Assembly (NCBI GenBank): GCA_963708025.1
Contig: CAVPSB010000014.1
Coordinates: 480,001 to 544,000, forward strand
Source: an uncultured Candidatus Rokubacteria bacterium
Lineage (GTDB): Bacteria; Methylomirabilota; Methylomirabilia; Rokubacteriales; DASRDR01
Direction of reading: 5' to 3'
DNA: 64,000 bases
In this document: positions 42,974 to 54,874 of the stretch, piece after piece
How positions within the stretch are numbered: the first letter of the stretch is position 1
How the letters are laid out: every line of letters begins with the position of its first letter
The notes under the pieces: model-generated
Told to the model about the DNA's origin: nothing
Seen by the model: only the letters and a program-made list of their open reading frames with translations
Database searches by the model: none
Translations under genes and position numbers: made by a program

Positions 42974-43330
42974 CTAGAAGACCAGGACGCGGTCGCTGCG
43001 GGCGATGAGACCCGCCAGCTCGTCGGTGGAGATGGGGACGACCTCGGGTCCGCCGGCGTTCCAGTCCCCGTGGTCCGGGATGGCCGAGCGCTCGACGTGG
43101 AAGACCTGGCCGAGCTTCTTCAGGGTGGCGACGTGCTTCAGCGTGTCCTCGCCGTCGATGCAGTCCTCGATCTCGGGGCTCAGGATCCTGGCCGCCGGGC
43201 CGAGGAGCACGAGGGTCACGTCGTTCTCCCCAGCCAGGATCCCGAGGGCGATGCGGACGGCCTCGTTGGCGCGGTGGGACGTCTCGGGATCGACGGAGAC
43301 GACGACCAGGACGTGCTCGGCCGCCGACGT
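42974..43330 (-). CDS. DsrE/DsrF-like protein (start obscured, probably by an indel)
   Basis: HVLVVVSVDPETSHRANEAVRIALG...ELAGLIARSDRVLVF. Confidence 0.7.
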   Translation of the reverse strand, partial: TSAAEHVLVVVSVDPETSHRANEAVRIALGILAGENDVTLVLLGPAARILSPEIEDCIDGEDTLKHVATLKKLGQVFHVERSAIPDHGDWNAGGPEVVPISTDELAGLIARSDRVLVF

Positions 43331-43384
43331 CCGTCGCGGGCCGAGAACCGAGGGCGAGTCGAAGGACGCAGGGTCTCGGCGCGG

Positions 43385-43717
43385 CTAGTTCAGGGCGACG
43401 AAGCGGTCGCAGCCGTTGATCAAATCCGTGAGGACGACCAGGCCGCAGTAGGTGGCCTTCTCGGTGATCGGGAGGCGGCGGCGCTGGCAGCCGTAGGCGC
43501 AGACGAAGAGCTTGGCGCCCCGGCGGCCCAGCTCGAGGACCCGATCGTCGTCGATGTTGGCCACGCCGTCGTCCACGAGGTAGAGGTAGAGACCGAGCCC
43601 GCGGTCGAGCGCCGCCCGGCTGAGCCCCAGGCAGGTCTCGAGGTTGGGGTGTTCGGGCCGGGTGGAGAGCAGGATCCCGAGCTTGCGGCCGCGCAGATCG
43701 CCTCGGGGTCGAGTCAC
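43385..43717 (-). CDS. DsrE/TusD-like sulfurtransferase
   Basis: LYLVDDGV, FVCAYGC, GLVVL.DLI..CDRFV. Confidence 0.75.
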   Translation of the reverse strand: MTRPRGDLRGRKLGILLSTRPEHPNLETCLGLSRAALDRGLGLYLYLVDDGVANIDDDRVLELGRRGAKLFVCAYGCQRRRLPITEKATYCGLVVLTDLINGCDRFVALN

Positions 43718-43776
43718 GTGATCACGCTAACACCCGCCCTGGACGGTGTCAACGCGAGCCGTTCGTTTTCGATGAG

Positions 43777-44946
43777 GTGAGCGCCATGCGTCGCGTCTAT
43801 CTGGATCACAACGCGTCGACCGCGGTGCACCCCGAGGTGCTGGCGGCGATGCTCCCGTACTTCGCCGAGCAATACGGCAATCCCTCGAGCATCCACGGCT
43901 TCGGCCGTGAGGCCCGCGATGCCGTCGAGGCGGCCCGGGAAGAGATCGCCGGCTTCCTCGGCGTCGCCCCGGAGGAGTTCGTCTTCACCTCGGGAGGCAC
44001 CGAATCGGACAACCTGGCGATCAAGGGCGTCGCCCACGGGCGCGGCCGGGGCCACGTGATCACGTCCCAGGTCGAGCACCACGCGGCCCTGAGAAGCTGT
44101 CAGGCGCTGGAGCGGGCCGGCTACACGGTCACCTACCTGCCGGTGGATGGCACCGGCATGGTGGATCCCGACGACCTCCGGCGAGCCATCCGACCCGACA
44201 CGATCCTCATCACGATCATGTACGCCAACAGCGAGGTGGGGACGATCATGCCGGTCACCGAGATCGGACGGATCGCCCGGGAGCACGGCATCCCGTTTCA
44301 CACCGACGCCGTCCAGGCCTTCGGGAAGATCCCGTTCAGAGTGCGCGACCTCGGCGTCAGCCTCCTGTCGTGCTCGTCCCACAAGATCTACGGACCCAAG
44401 GGACTGGGCGGCCTCTACATCGCGAAGGGGACGAAGATGGTGTCGATCCAGCACGGCGGCGACCACGAGCGGCGCCGCCGGGCGGGGACGGAGAACGTGC
44501 CGGCGATCGTCGGGTTCGGCAAGGCGGTGGCGGTGCGGGCGCGCGACATGCAGGAAGAGGCCGAGCGCGTCCGCGGGCTGCGGGACCGACTGTGGGAGAG
44601 TGTCCGCGCGAGCGTGGCGGATGTGCGGCTCAACGGGCATCCCATGGAGCGGCTGCCCGGGACGCTGAACATGAGCTTCCGCGGTCTCGAGGCCGAGTCG
44701 CTGATCCTGGCGCTGGACCTCAAGGGGATCGGGGCCTCGGCCGGCTCGGCGTGCACCTCGGGGAGCCTCGAGCCGTCATACGTGGTGACCGCGATGGGGG
44801 TGCCGACCGAGTGGGCGCTCGGCGCGCTGCGGTGCTCGCTCGGCCGCAGCACGAGCGCCGCGGACATCGACTACGTGCTGGAGGTGTTGCCGGCGGCGGT
44901 GGGGCGCATACGCGCCATGTCGCCGACCGCGGCGGCCACGGCGTGA
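43777..44946 (+). CDS. Second group-I cysteine desulfurase (NifS/IscS-like)
   Basis: YLDHNAST, SSHKIYGPKG, RAGTEN, SAGSACTSG. Confidence 0.92.
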   Translation: MSAMRRVYLDHNASTAVHPEVLAAMLPYFAEQYGNPSSIHGFGREARDAVEAAREEIAGFLGVAPEEFVFTSGGTESDNLAIKGVAHGRGRGHVITSQVEHHAALRSCQALERAGYTVTYLPVDGTGMVDPDDLRRAIRPDTILITIMYANSEVGTIMPVTEIGRIAREHGIPFHTDAVQAFGKIPFRVRDLGVSLLSCSSHKIYGPKGLGGLYIAKGTKMVSIQHGGDHERRRRAGTENVPAIVGFGKAVAVRARDMQEEAERVRGLRDRLWESVRASVADVRLNGHPMERLPGTLNMSFRGLEAESLILALDLKGIGASAGSACTSGSLEPSYVVTAMGVPTEWALGALRCSLGRSTSAADIDYVLEVLPAAVGRIRAMSPTAAATA

Positions 44947-45332
44947 ACTACAGCGAGACGCTGATCGAGCACTTCCGGGCGCCCCGCAACGTCGGGATGA
45001 TGCGCAACGCCGACGCGGTCGGAGAGAGCCAGGACCCCAGCTGCGGGGACCTGGCCCGCTTCTACCTGCGGGTCCTCGACGGCCGCATCGCCGAGGCGCG
45101 CTTCCAGACGTATGGCTGCGGGCCGTCCATCGCGGCCTCGAGCCTGGCCACCGAGCTGGTCCAGGGCCGCGCGGTCGGCGAGCTGGCCGAGCTGACCCCC
45201 CTGGCGGTGGAGCGGGCCCTGGGCGGGCTGCCCGACGAGCGCCGTCACGCGGCCAGCGTGGTGGTGGCCGCGCTGCACGCGGCGGCGACCCAGTACCGGG
45301 CGGCGCAATCCGGGGAGGCCGGTCGTGCTTGA
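44943..45332 (+). CDS. IscU/NifU-like protein lacking the third Cys and the LPPVK motif
   Basis: [28 protein letters not shown] in place of LPPVKIHCS. Confidence 0.85.
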   Translation: MNYSETLIEHFRAPRNVGMMRNADAVGESQDPSCGDLARFYLRVLDGRIAEARFQTYGCGPSIAASSLATELVQGRAVGELAELTPLAVERALGGLPDERRHAASVVVAALHAAATQYRAAQSGEAGRA

Positions 45333-45987
45333 CGCGATCCGCCGCGACATCGCGGCGGCGATGGCCCGGGACCCGGCGGCGCGCAGCCGGCTCGAGGTGG
45401 TGCTCTGCTACCCGGGCGTCCACGCGCTCGCGCTCCACCGGCTCGCCCACCGCCTCTGGGGGACCGGCTGGTACGTGAGCGCCCGCCTGGTCTCCCACCT
45501 GTCGCGCTTCCTCACCGGCATCGAGATCCACCCGGCGGCTCGCCTCGGCGAGGGCGTCTTCATCGACCACGGCATGGGCGTGGTGATCGGCGAGACCGCG
45601 GAGGTGGCCGAGAACGTCACCCTGTACCAGGGCGTGACGCTGGGGGGCACCAGCCTCAAGCGGGAAAAGCGCCATCCGACGCTGGAGCGCGACGTGGTGG
45701 TGGGAACCGGTGCGGCGGTCATGGGGGCGATCACCGTGGGGGAGGGGACGCGCATCGGCGCGGGGTCGGTCGTGGTCCGGGATGTCCCGCCCAACTCGGT
45801 GGTGGTCGGGGTTCCGGGCAAGGTCATCTCGCGGGACGGCAAGCAGATGCGGGAGTCGGTCGATCTCGAGCACGCCGATCTGCCGGATCCGCTGGCCCGG
45901 ACGATCGAGCAGATGCTGGACCGCATCCACGCGCTGGAGCTCGAGGTCGATACGCTGCGGAGATCTTCACGGGAGGTGAGCCGGTGA
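45325..45987 (+). CDS. cysE: Serine O-acetyltransferase
   Basis: [30 protein letters not shown]. Confidence 0.95.
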   Translation: MLDAIRRDIAAAMARDPAARSRLEVVLCYPGVHALALHRLAHRLWGTGWYVSARLVSHLSRFLTGIEIHPAARLGEGVFIDHGMGVVIGETAEVAENVTLYQGVTLGGTSLKREKRHPTLERDVVVGTGAAVMGAITVGEGTRIGAGSVVVRDVPPNSVVVGVPGKVISRDGKQMRESVDLEHADLPDPLARTIEQMLDRIHALELEVDTLRRSSREVSR

Positions 45988-46172
45988 CGTTCAAGGACGC
46001 GATGACGGTCAAGGAGGCGTCGAGCTACCTGGCGATGGACGAAGGCACGGTGGCCCGAATGGCCGAGGCCCGCCAGATCCCGGCTGTCAAGGTCGAGGAG
46101 CAGTGGGTCTTCTCGCGCAAGTCGCTTCAGAAGTGGCAGCGCCTCCGCGAGCGCCGGAGCTGGCGCGCCTAG
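45984..46172 (+). CDS. Small excisionase-like HTH protein
   Basis: [10 protein letters not shown]......V..MA....IPA.KV..QW.F. Confidence 0.7.
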   Translation: MTFKDAMTVKEASSYLAMDEGTVARMAEARQIPAVKVEEQWVFSRKSLQKWQRLRERRSWRA

Positions 46173-46254
46173 CTCTTCGACACGGCCACCAGCCGTCGCG
46201 CGATCCGGTGGGCCCCGGGCCAGGCAGCCCCGCACCGGTGGCGGGCGAATCCCG

Positions 46255-47433
46255 ATGAGTAGTCGGGCGATCCTCCACGTCGACATGGACGCGTTCTACG
46301 CCGCCGTGGAGCAGCGGGATCGCCCCGAGCTCCGCGGCCAACCGGTCGTGGTCGGCGCCGACCCGCGGGGGCGCGGGGTGGTGTCGGCGGCGTCCTACGA
46401 GGCCCGGCGCTACGGCATCCACTCCGCCATGCCGATCGGTCAGGCATATCGCCTCTGCCCCCACGCCGCCTATCTTCCGGTCGACATGTCGAAGTACGTC
46501 CGCGTCTCCGCCGAGATCATGGCCATTCTGGGAGCGTTCACCCCGCTGGTGGAGCCGCTGTCCCTCGACGAGGCCTTCCTCGACGTCACCGGCTCCCGGT
46601 CCCTCTTCGGGTCTTCGGTCGAGATCGCGCGCGCGATCAAGACACGCATCCGGTCCGAGGTCGAGCTGACGGCGTCAGCGGGGGTGGCGCCGAACAAGTT
46701 CCTCGCCAAGGTCGCCTCCGACCTCCGGAAGCCCGACGGGCTGGTCGAGGTCCGGCCGGGCGAGGAGGCCGCCTTCCTGCGCGAGCTGCCGATCTCCCGG
46801 CTGTGGGGGGTCGGGCCGGCGGCGGAGGCGGCGCTGGCCCGGCTCGGCGCCCGGACGATCGGCGAGCTGGCCGCGCTGGCCCCCCGGATCCTGGTCGAGC
46901 GCCTCGGCTCCTCCGGCGCCCACCTCCAGGCGCTGGCCCGCGGCGAGGACGATCGGCCGGTCGTCCCCTGGGAGGACCCGAAGTCGGTGGGCGCGGAGGA
47001 GACCTTCGAGCGCGACACCCGGGACCTGGCCCGGCTTCGCCGGACCCTGCTCGGGCAGGCCGATCGCGTGGCGGCCGAGCTGCGGGGGCTGGGGCTCCGG
47101 GGTCGGACGGTCACGCTGAAGGTCCGGTTCGCCGACTTCCAGACGCTGACCCGTCGCGCCAGCGCCCCGGTGCCGCTCGCCGACGGGGGGGAGATCTTCC
47201 GGTCGGCGTGGGAGACCCTGGTGCGCCTCCCCCGCCCGCAGCCGATCCGACTGATCGGGCTCTCGGTGTCCGGGCTCCAAAAGGACGCCGACCCTCGTCA
47301 GCTCCCGCTGTTCGGCCCGGGGGGGCGCGCCGAGCAGGTGGGACGGCTGTCCGACGAGCTGCGGGCGCGCTTCGGTCCCGGCGCCATTCGCCGCGCCAGC
47401 CTTCTTGTCCCGCCCCGGCCCGAGCCCCTATAA
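46255..47433 (+). CDS. dinB: DNA polymerase IV
   Basis: ILHVDMDAFYAAVE, SYEAR, SLDEAF, KPDG. Confidence 0.95.
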   Translation: MSSRAILHVDMDAFYAAVEQRDRPELRGQPVVVGADPRGRGVVSAASYEARRYGIHSAMPIGQAYRLCPHAAYLPVDMSKYVRVSAEIMAILGAFTPLVEPLSLDEAFLDVTGSRSLFGSSVEIARAIKTRIRSEVELTASAGVAPNKFLAKVASDLRKPDGLVEVRPGEEAAFLRELPISRLWGVGPAAEAALARLGARTIGELAALAPRILVERLGSSGAHLQALARGEDDRPVVPWEDPKSVGAEETFERDTRDLARLRRTLLGQADRVAAELRGLGLRGRTVTLKVRFADFQTLTRRASAPVPLADGGEIFRSAWETLVRLPRPQPIRLIGLSVSGLQKDADPRQLPLFGPGGRAEQVGRLSDELRARFGPGAIRRASLLVPPRPEPL

Positions 47434-47434
47434 T
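47405..47434 (+). promoter_or_regulatory. Putative sigma-70 promoter of the ABC operon
   Basis: TTGTCC-N18-TATAAT. Confidence 0.45.
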
Positions 47435-47506
47435 CCTGACAAGCACGGCGCGCGTCCGACATCGACCGGCACCGGAACCCACCACCCAGTCAGAGGAGGT
47501 CGAGCA

Positions 47507-48713
47507 ATGAGGCTCAGATTGCTCCTGGCATGCCTCGCGGTTGTCTTCGTGTCCTCCATCGCCCCGAGCGGGGTCTGGGCCCAGGCGAGCGTTCCTGGCG
47601 TCAGCGACACCGAGGTCGTGCTGGGGCTCACCACGCCGCTGTCGGGACCGGCCGCGGTCTGGGGCACGACGGCCCTGGCGGCCGAGGCCTGGGCCAAGCA
47701 CGTCAACGAGCAGGGTGGCGTCCACGGCCGCAAGATCAAGACGGTCCTGAAGGACGACGGCTACAATCCGGGGCGGGCGGTGGCCAACGTCGGCGAGCTG
47801 AAGGATTCGGTGTTCGCCCTCGTCGGCCTGCTGGGGACCGCCATCCTGAACGCGAACAAGGACAACGTCGCCGAGGCCAAGCTTCCCACCATCTGGCCGT
47901 ACGGCAACCCCCAGATCTTCGCCAAGCAGCCGAGGGAGAAGCTCCGCGACGGTCTTCATGGTCTACCCGGACTACGCTGGACGAGGGCGAGTTCCTGGTC
48001 CAGCAGGCGGCCAAGCTGGAAGGCGCCAAGAAGATCGCCGTCTTCTTCCAGAACGACGACTACGGCAAGGGGGGCCTGGACGGCGTGAAGCGCGGCCTCA
48101 AGGGCCTGAGCGGGGTCAGCCTGACCGGCGAGGTGTCGTACGAGGTCGCCGACCGCGAGCTGGGGACCCACGCGCTCAAGATCAAGGACTCGGGCGCCGA
48201 CACGCGTGATCTTCTATTCCACGGCGCCGCACTGCGCCGGCCTGATCAAGGAGATGGCGAAGGCCGGCTATCGCCCGAAGATCTTCGCGTCCTTCCCCCT
48301 GGGCGACCGGCACACCATGTTCCGGCTGCTCGGTGATCTCTGGGAAGGGGCGTACTACAACGTCACCGGCGCCGTCCCCGGCGAGCCCGACGCCGACCGG
48401 GCGGTCGAGGTCCTGCTCAAGCAGGATCCGAAGCTCAAGGGGCGGGAGAGCTTCGCCCTGGCCGGGGCGACGGCGATGATCGCCACCGTGGAAGGGCTCA
48501 AGCGGGCCGGCCGGAACCTCACGCGGGACGGCTTCGTCGAGGCCATGGAGACGATCAAGGACTGGACGCCGGAGAAGCTGACGGCGCCGATCACCTGGGG
48601 ACCGAACCGCCGGCACGGCCTGAACGCCGTCCGCCTGATGCAGGCCAAGAAGGCGGCCGACGCCTCGTTCGCGACCATCACCGGGCTACCAGATCTTCCC
48701 GCCGCAGTTCTGA
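47507..48713 (+). CDS. HAAT (branched-chain-type) ABC substrate-binding protein (frameshifted)
   Basis: PGVSDTEVVLG...PLSGP, GGVHGRKI..DDGY.P, QNDDYG. Confidence 0.85.
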
Positions 48714-48746
48714 CGGCGGAGGAGGGCTTCCCCCCGACGATCGGCG

Positions 48747-49500
48747 ATGGGCGCCCTGCTCGAGGTCCGCGGCCTGTCGCTCGCCTTCGGGGGGATCCAG
48801 GCGCTGTCCGGCGTCGGGGTGACCATCGCGGAAGGGGAGACCCTCGCGGTGATCGGCCCCAACGGCTCCGGCAAGACCTCGCTCTTCAACTGCATCACGG
48901 GGATCTACCGTCCCACCGACGGTGCCATCACGCTGGCGGGGGAGAGCCTGCTGGGGCTCTCGCCCGACGCGGTCACCCGGCGGGGTGTCGCCCGCACGTT
49001 CCAGAACCTGCGCCTGTTCCACAACCTGTCGGTGCTCGACAACCTGCTCGTCGGCCGGCACCTGCACTTCGAGCGGAGCCTCCTCCACGCCCTGCTCCGC
49101 CGGCGCGGCGAGGAGATCCGACATCGCCGGCACTGCGAGGAGATCGTCGAGTTCCTGAACCTGGAGCCGTACCGCAAGAGCCGCGTGGCCGACTGCCCCT
49201 ACGGCGTCCAGAAGCGGGTCGAGCTGGGCCGGGCGCTGGCCACCGAGCCACGGCTCCTGCTCCTCGACGAGCCGGTGTCGGGTCTGACTGCCGAGGAGAA
49301 GGAAGAGTTCGCCTACTGGATCCACGAGATCCGCGGGCGTTTCGGCATCACGGTCCTGCTGGTCGAGCACGACCTGCGCATCGCCTCGCGGCTCGCCAGT
49401 CGGATGGTCGCCCTCGACCACGGGGTGAAGATCGCGGAGGGGACGCCCGACGGAGGTCCAGCGCCACCCCGACGTGATCAGGGCGTACCTCGGGGCGTGA
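48747..49500 (+). CDS. ABC ATPase (LivG-like)
   Basis: GPNGSGKT, RTFQN, LLDEP, VEHD. Confidence 0.9.
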
Positions 49501-50319
49501 TCGCGGCCAGGCCGGACGCCTGCCGCGTGCGTCCCCGAGGCGGCCCGCCTCCCGTCACCAGCATCGAGACGCTGTACTTCGACCGGATCTACGCCCTGTT
49601 CGGCGTGTCGCTGGAGGTGCCCGAGCGCCAGATCTTCGCGGTGCTCGGCCCGAACGGCGCCGGCAAGACGACGCTGCTGCGGACGGTCGCCGGGCTCCTC
49701 AAGGACCAGCCGAAGAAGGGGACGATCGAGTTCGGCGGGCCGGCGCATCGAGCGGCGATCGCCGGAGCCGATCGCCAACCTGGGGATCGTCTACGTGCCG
49801 GAGGACCGGGGACTGTTCCGGGAGCTGACGGTGGCCGAGAACCTCGATCTGGGCCTGTGGGGTCGGCGGGACGCCGCCGTCGGGCGATGACCTCGAGTTC
49901 GTCTACGGGATGTTCCCGATCCTGCGGGAGCGCGCGCGCCAGCAGGCCGAGACGCTGTCGGGCGGAGAGCAGCAGATGCTGGCGCTCGGGCGGGCCATGC
50001 TCCGGCGACCCCGGCTCCTGATGCTGGACGAGCCCTCGCTCGGCCTCGCCCCCCAGGTGGCCCGCGCGGTCTTCGAGGCGCTCGGTCACGATCAGCGGGC
50101 GGGGCACCACGATCCTGCTCGTCGAGCAGAACGCGCGCCTGGCGCTCGGGGTGGCCCACCAGCGTGGCGATCCTGGAGGCGGGCCGCGTGGTGCTCCAGG
50201 GCACGCCGAAGGACCTCGAGGAGCACGAGGACGTCCGCGAGGCGTACCTGGGGCTGGGTGTCACCGAGAGCGCCTCGCCGCGGGGCTGGCGGCTCTACCG
50301 GAAACGGAGGCGATGGTGA
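49497..50319 (+). CDS. ABC ATPase (LivF-like; frameshifted)
   Basis: [27 protein letters not shown]. Confidence 0.85.
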
Positions 50320-52138
50320 TGACACCGACGGAGACGAGGGCCCGGACGCTCCCCGAGCTGTTCTTCGACCAGGTCCGGCAGCGCGGGGACGCGCTGGCCC
50401 TCCGCTACAAGGCGTACGGCATCTGGCACCGGGTGTCGTGGACGCGACTACGGGGAGTGAGGTGCGGAGGGTGGCCGGCGGCCTCCTGGCCTTCGGGCTC
50501 CGCCCCGCAGGAGAACGTGGCGGTGCTGGGCGACAACCGGCCGGAGTGGCTCTACTGCCACCTCGGGATCATGACCGCCGGCGGTCGCACGTGCGGCATC
50601 TACGCCACCTCGTCGGCCGAGCAGGTGACGCTACCTCTTGAACCACTCCGAGGCCAGAATCCTGTTCCTGGAGAACGAGGAGCAGCTCGAGAAGGTGCTC
50701 ACCGTCGTCGGCGAGACCCGGCGTCGAGCGGCTCGTCATCTGGGACGCCAAGGGACTGTGGGGCTTCGCCGACCTCGGGTCATCTTCTTCGACGACTTCG
50801 TCAAGGAGGGCCAGCTCTACCTCGACTCCCACCCGGGCGCCTTCGACGCGCGCCTGCCAGGCCATCTCGCCCGACGACACCGCCATGATCATCTACACCT
50901 CGGGCACGACCGGGCCGCCGAAGGGCGCGATGCTCGCCCACCGGAACATCCTGTGGGTGCTGGAAGCCACCCTCCAGGCCATCCCGTGGCGGCCGGACGA
51001 CGAGGTGATCTCGTACCTCCCCTTCGCCCACATCTTCGAGAACTTCACCTCGGTCTTCGACGCGATCCGTCTGGGCTACGTGGTCAACTTCGTCGAGAGC
51101 CCGGAGACCCTGTTCCAGAACCTCATGGAGCTGTCGCCGACCTACTTCGCCGGGCCGCCGCGGATCTGGGAGAAGCTGGCCTCGACGGTGGAGCTGCGGA
51201 TGGCCGACTCCACCGTGTTCAAGCGCACCCTCTACCGGTTGGCCGTCTCGGTCGGCCGGCGCCACGCCCGGGCATTGCACACCGGTCGGATCCCCGGGTG
51301 GCTCCGGGCCGCCTACGGCCTGGCCTACGGCACCGTCCTCTACCCCCTCAAGCGGCGGCTCGGCTTCGAGCGGACCCGCATCGCGATCTCGGCGGCGGCG
51401 CCGGCGGCGCCGGAGCTGTTCGAGTACTTCCACGCCCTGGGCGTGCCGCTCCTGGAGGTCTACGGTCAGACCGAATCCACCGGGATCATCTCCGCCAACC
51501 GGCCGGGACGGGAGCGGGTGGGGACGGTGGGGGAGGCGATCCCCGGGGTGGAGGTGGCGCTGGCCGATGACGGCGAGATCCTGACCCGGGGGCCTCACGT
51601 CTTCCAGGGCTACTTCAAGGATCCCGAGCTGACCGCCCAGACGGTCGACCGGGACGGCTGGCTCCACACCGGGGACGTCGGCGCCTGGGAAGACGGCTAC
51701 CTCAAGATCCTCGACCGCAAGAAGGACATCATCATCACCGCCGGCGGGAAGAACATCACGCCCGCCTACGTCGAGAACAAGCTGAAGTTCAGCCCGTACA
51801 TCCAGGACGCGGTGGTGATCGGCGACCGGCGCAAGTACGTGGTCGCCCTGATCCTGATCGACGAGGACAACGTCACCAAGTTCGCCCAGGACCACCGCAT
51901 CCCCTTCAGCACCTTTGCCGACCTGACCCAGAACCCCGAGGTCCAGCGGCTGGTCGGCCAGGAGGTCGACCGTGTGAACCGGACGCTCTCGCAGGTGGAG
52001 AGCGTCAAGAAGTTCGCCCTCCTGCCGCGCCGCTTCTACGAGGAGGAGGGCGACGTGACCCCGACCAAGAAGGTCAAGCGCCGGAACCTCGAGCAGCGGT
52101 ATGCGGAGGTGATCGAGTCGCTGTACCGGGAGCGGTAG
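50313..52138 (+). CDS. Long-chain acyl-CoA synthetase-like AMP-binding enzyme (frameshifted in the 5' half)
   Basis: [28 protein letters not shown]. Confidence 0.88.
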
Positions 52139-52144
52139 CCCGAC

Positions 52145-53127
52145 GTGGACCTGGTCGAGACCTACCGGGAGGACCTGGCGTTCGCGCGGAAGCCGCTGGC
52201 GCGCGCCCTGCTGGCGGCGCTGGTCGCCGCCCTCCTGGTGCTGCCCTGGTACGCGCAGGGCTCCTGGCTGGTCCGGCTGAGCCTGATCTACCTCTACGCG
52301 ATCGGCGTCATGGGCCAGAACTTGCTGATCGGCTACACGGGGCTGATCTCGTTCGGGCAGGCCGGCTTCCTCGCCATCGGCGCCTACGCCTTCGGCCACC
52401 TCCGGCTCCTCGGCGTGCCGTTCCTGCTCGCGCTGGCCGGGGCCGGGGTCGCCGCGGGGCTGGCCGGCGCCCTCGTCGGCTTCCCGTCGCTCCGGCTCAA
52501 GGGCCCGTATCTGGCCATCGCCACCCTCGGCTTCGGCGTCGCGGTCTACCAGGTGTTCGCCAACTCGGAGGTCCTGTCGGGCGGTCGCTCGGGACTCGCC
52601 ATCGCCAAGCTCCAGCCGCCGTTCGGGTGGCGGCGCGAGGTCTACGTCTACTACGTCTACCTGGGCCTCCTGCTCGTCTTCACCGCCGCCACCTACAACC
52701 TGGTCTCCTCTTACGTCGGCCGCGCCTTCGTCGCGATCCGGGACAGCGACATCGCCGCCGAGGTCATGGGGGTCAACCTGACCCGCTACAAGCTCCTGGC
52801 CTTCGCGATCTCGTCGCTCTACACCGGGCGTCCACGGCGCTCTCTTCGCCCAGTTCCTCGGCCACCTGGAGCCCCAGACCTTCAACGTCGGCGAGTCCCT
52901 CACGATGTTCGTCGCGGTCATCGTCGGCGGGCGTCGCCTCGGTCGAGGGGTCGATCTTCGGCGCCGCCTTCGTCATCCTGGTGCCGAGCCTGCTCTCCGA
53001 CTACCGCTGGTTCGTACCCGTGCTCTTCGGCGTCACCATCCTGGTCGTGCTGATCTTCGAGCCGCTCGGGCTGGCCGGCCGCTGGCTCAAGACCCGCCTC
53101 TACTTCCGGCTCTGGCCCTTCCGGTAG
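52145..53127 (+). CDS. ABC permease (LivM-like; frameshifted)
   Basis: GYTGLISFGQAGF, LKGPYLAIATL, AIRD. Confidence 0.85.
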
Positions 53128-53137
53128 AGCGCCGGCC

Positions 53138-54022
53138 ATGGACAAGCTCCTCCAGTACACGCTGACCGGGCTCTCGGCGGGCAGCCTGTACGCCCTGGTG
53201 GCGCTCGGGGTGGTGCTGATCTACCGCTCGACCCGGGTCCTGAACTTCGCCCACGGGGACGTGGCGACCTTCGGGACGTTCGTCGCGTTCGCCCTGGTCA
53301 CCCAGGGCTACCCGTTCGCGGTGGCGTTCCCGGCCGCGCTCCTCGCCGGCGCCGGCGTGGCCGTCGGCTTCTACTTCGCCGTCCTGGTGCCGGCCCAGCG
53401 GCAGGGGGCCAACCTGCTGGGACAGGTGATCCTGACCCTCGGGCTGGCCCTCATCTTCCAGGGACTGATCGTCTACTGGTGGGGCGCCGAGCCGGACCGG
53501 TTTCCGTTCCCGCTCTCCGACAGCCGAGACCTGGAAGCTCGGGCCCGTCTTCGTGAGCGAGCTGTCCCTGGGCACGCTGGCGGCCGGGCTGGTCGGCCAG
53601 CCTCCTCCTGTACCTGCTCGTCCAGAAGACGCGGCTCGGGCTGGCCATGCGGGCGACCTCCGAGAACCTTCCCGGCCGCCCAGACGCTCGGCATCCCGAC
53701 CCGGCGCATCCTCGCCTTCGCGTGGGGCGTCGCCTCCGCGCTGGCCGTCGTGGCGGGCATCTTCCTGGCCCCGGCGCTCCTGCTGGACCCGTTCTTCATG
53801 CTCGACCCGTTCCTCAAGGGGTTCGCCGCCGCCGTCCTGGGCGGGCTCAACAGCCTGCCGGGCGCGGTCCTGGGCGGCCTGGTCCTCGGCGTGGCCGAGA
53901 GCCTGGCCGGGGCGTACGTGACGATCCAGTTCAAGAACACGCTGGCCTTCGTCATCATCATCGTGGTGCTCCTGGTCCGCCCCGAGGGCCTCCTGGGTCG
54001 CGAATTCAAGGAACGGGTCTAG
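53138..54022 (+). CDS. ABC permease (LivH-like; local frameshifts)
   Basis: GSLYALVALG, NFAHG, AAVLGG, VRPEGLLG. Confidence 0.85.
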   Translation: MDKLLQYTLTGLSAGSLYALVALGVVLIYRSTRVLNFAHGDVATFGTFVAFALVTQGYPFAVAFPAALLAGAGVAVGFYFAVLVPAQRQGANLLGQVILTLGLALIFQGLIVYWWGAEPDRFPFPLSDSRDLEARARLRERAVPGHAGGRAGRPASSCTCSSRRRGSGWPCGRPPRTFPAAQTLGIPTRRILAFAWGVASALAVVAGIFLAPALLLDPFFMLDPFLKGFAAAVLGGLNSLPGAVLGGLVLGVAESLAGAYVTIQFKNTLAFVIIIVVLLVRPEGLLGREFKERV

Positions 54023-54056
54023 TGCGGGTCCGACCATCTGGGGTAGAATCGCCCTG

Positions 54057-54812
54057 ATGGAGCGCCCGATCGCCTACGACAAGCTCGCCCGCGAGGACCG
54101 GTTCGTCCGGATGCGGGCCCGCCGCATCGCCGAGCTGCGCACGGAGCAGGGGCTCCCGCCGATGCCGGACATGAGCTCGCGGGAGTCGATCCGGGAGCGC
54201 GTCCACGGCATCCTGGTCGGCGAGCTCCAGGCCATGGAAGGGGCCGGCAGGACGGTCTACGACTTCCCGGACGCGCCCTGGGAGTTCACGATGGACATGG
54301 CGCGGCAGGTGTGGGACGAGTCGCGGCACGTCGAGATCTACATCCGGCTGCTCGAGCATCTGGGCGGCTACGTCGGCGAGTTCCCGGAAAGCACCATCCT
54401 CTGGCGATGCGCCTGCGCGGAGGACGCCGCGGCCCGGGTGGCGGGGGTCAACCGCGGGCTCGAAGGGCTGGCCTGTGACGTCTTCGCCCAGCTGATCGAG
54501 ATCGCCCGCCGGCTCCCCGATCCGACGATCGCCCAGGCGGTCGACTACGTGCTGGCCGACGAGATCACCCACGTGCGGATGGGCTCGTACTGGCTGAACA
54601 AGCTGACCGAGGGCGATCCCGAGCGGCGCCGCCGGGCGGTCGAGTTCCAGGAGTCGATCGACGACCGGTTCAACCTGGGCGGCATGCGCCGGGTGGGGGC
54701 CGCCGACGAGGTGCCCATCGCGATCTCGACCGAGGTCCGCCGGCTGGCGGGGTTCACCGACGAGGAGATCCAGCGCCTCGTCAAGGCCACGCAGCGCAGT
54801 CCCGTCTACTGA
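54057..54812 (+). CDS. Ferritin-like diiron protein (DUF455-like)
   Basis: GELQA, WDESRH, EG.A.D, ADEITH (two ExxH motifs). Confidence 0.75.
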   Translation: MERPIAYDKLAREDRFVRMRARRIAELRTEQGLPPMPDMSSRESIRERVHGILVGELQAMEGAGRTVYDFPDAPWEFTMDMARQVWDESRHVEIYIRLLEHLGGYVGEFPESTILWRCACAEDAAARVAGVNRGLEGLACDVFAQLIEIARRLPDPTIAQAVDYVLADEITHVRMGSYWLNKLTEGDPERRRRAVEFQESIDDRFNLGGMRRVGAADEVPIAISTEVRRLAGFTDEEIQRLVKATQRSPVY

Positions 54813-54874
54813 CGCGGGGCGCGAACCCCGCCCTCGACCGCCGCCATGCGCCCGGCCTGCCGCCTGACCCGCGC

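Noticed and set aside
45984-46172. Excisionase-like HTH as evidence of a second prophage
   Set aside because: No adjacent integrase or att site; it overlaps the cysE stop and looks like an operon member.
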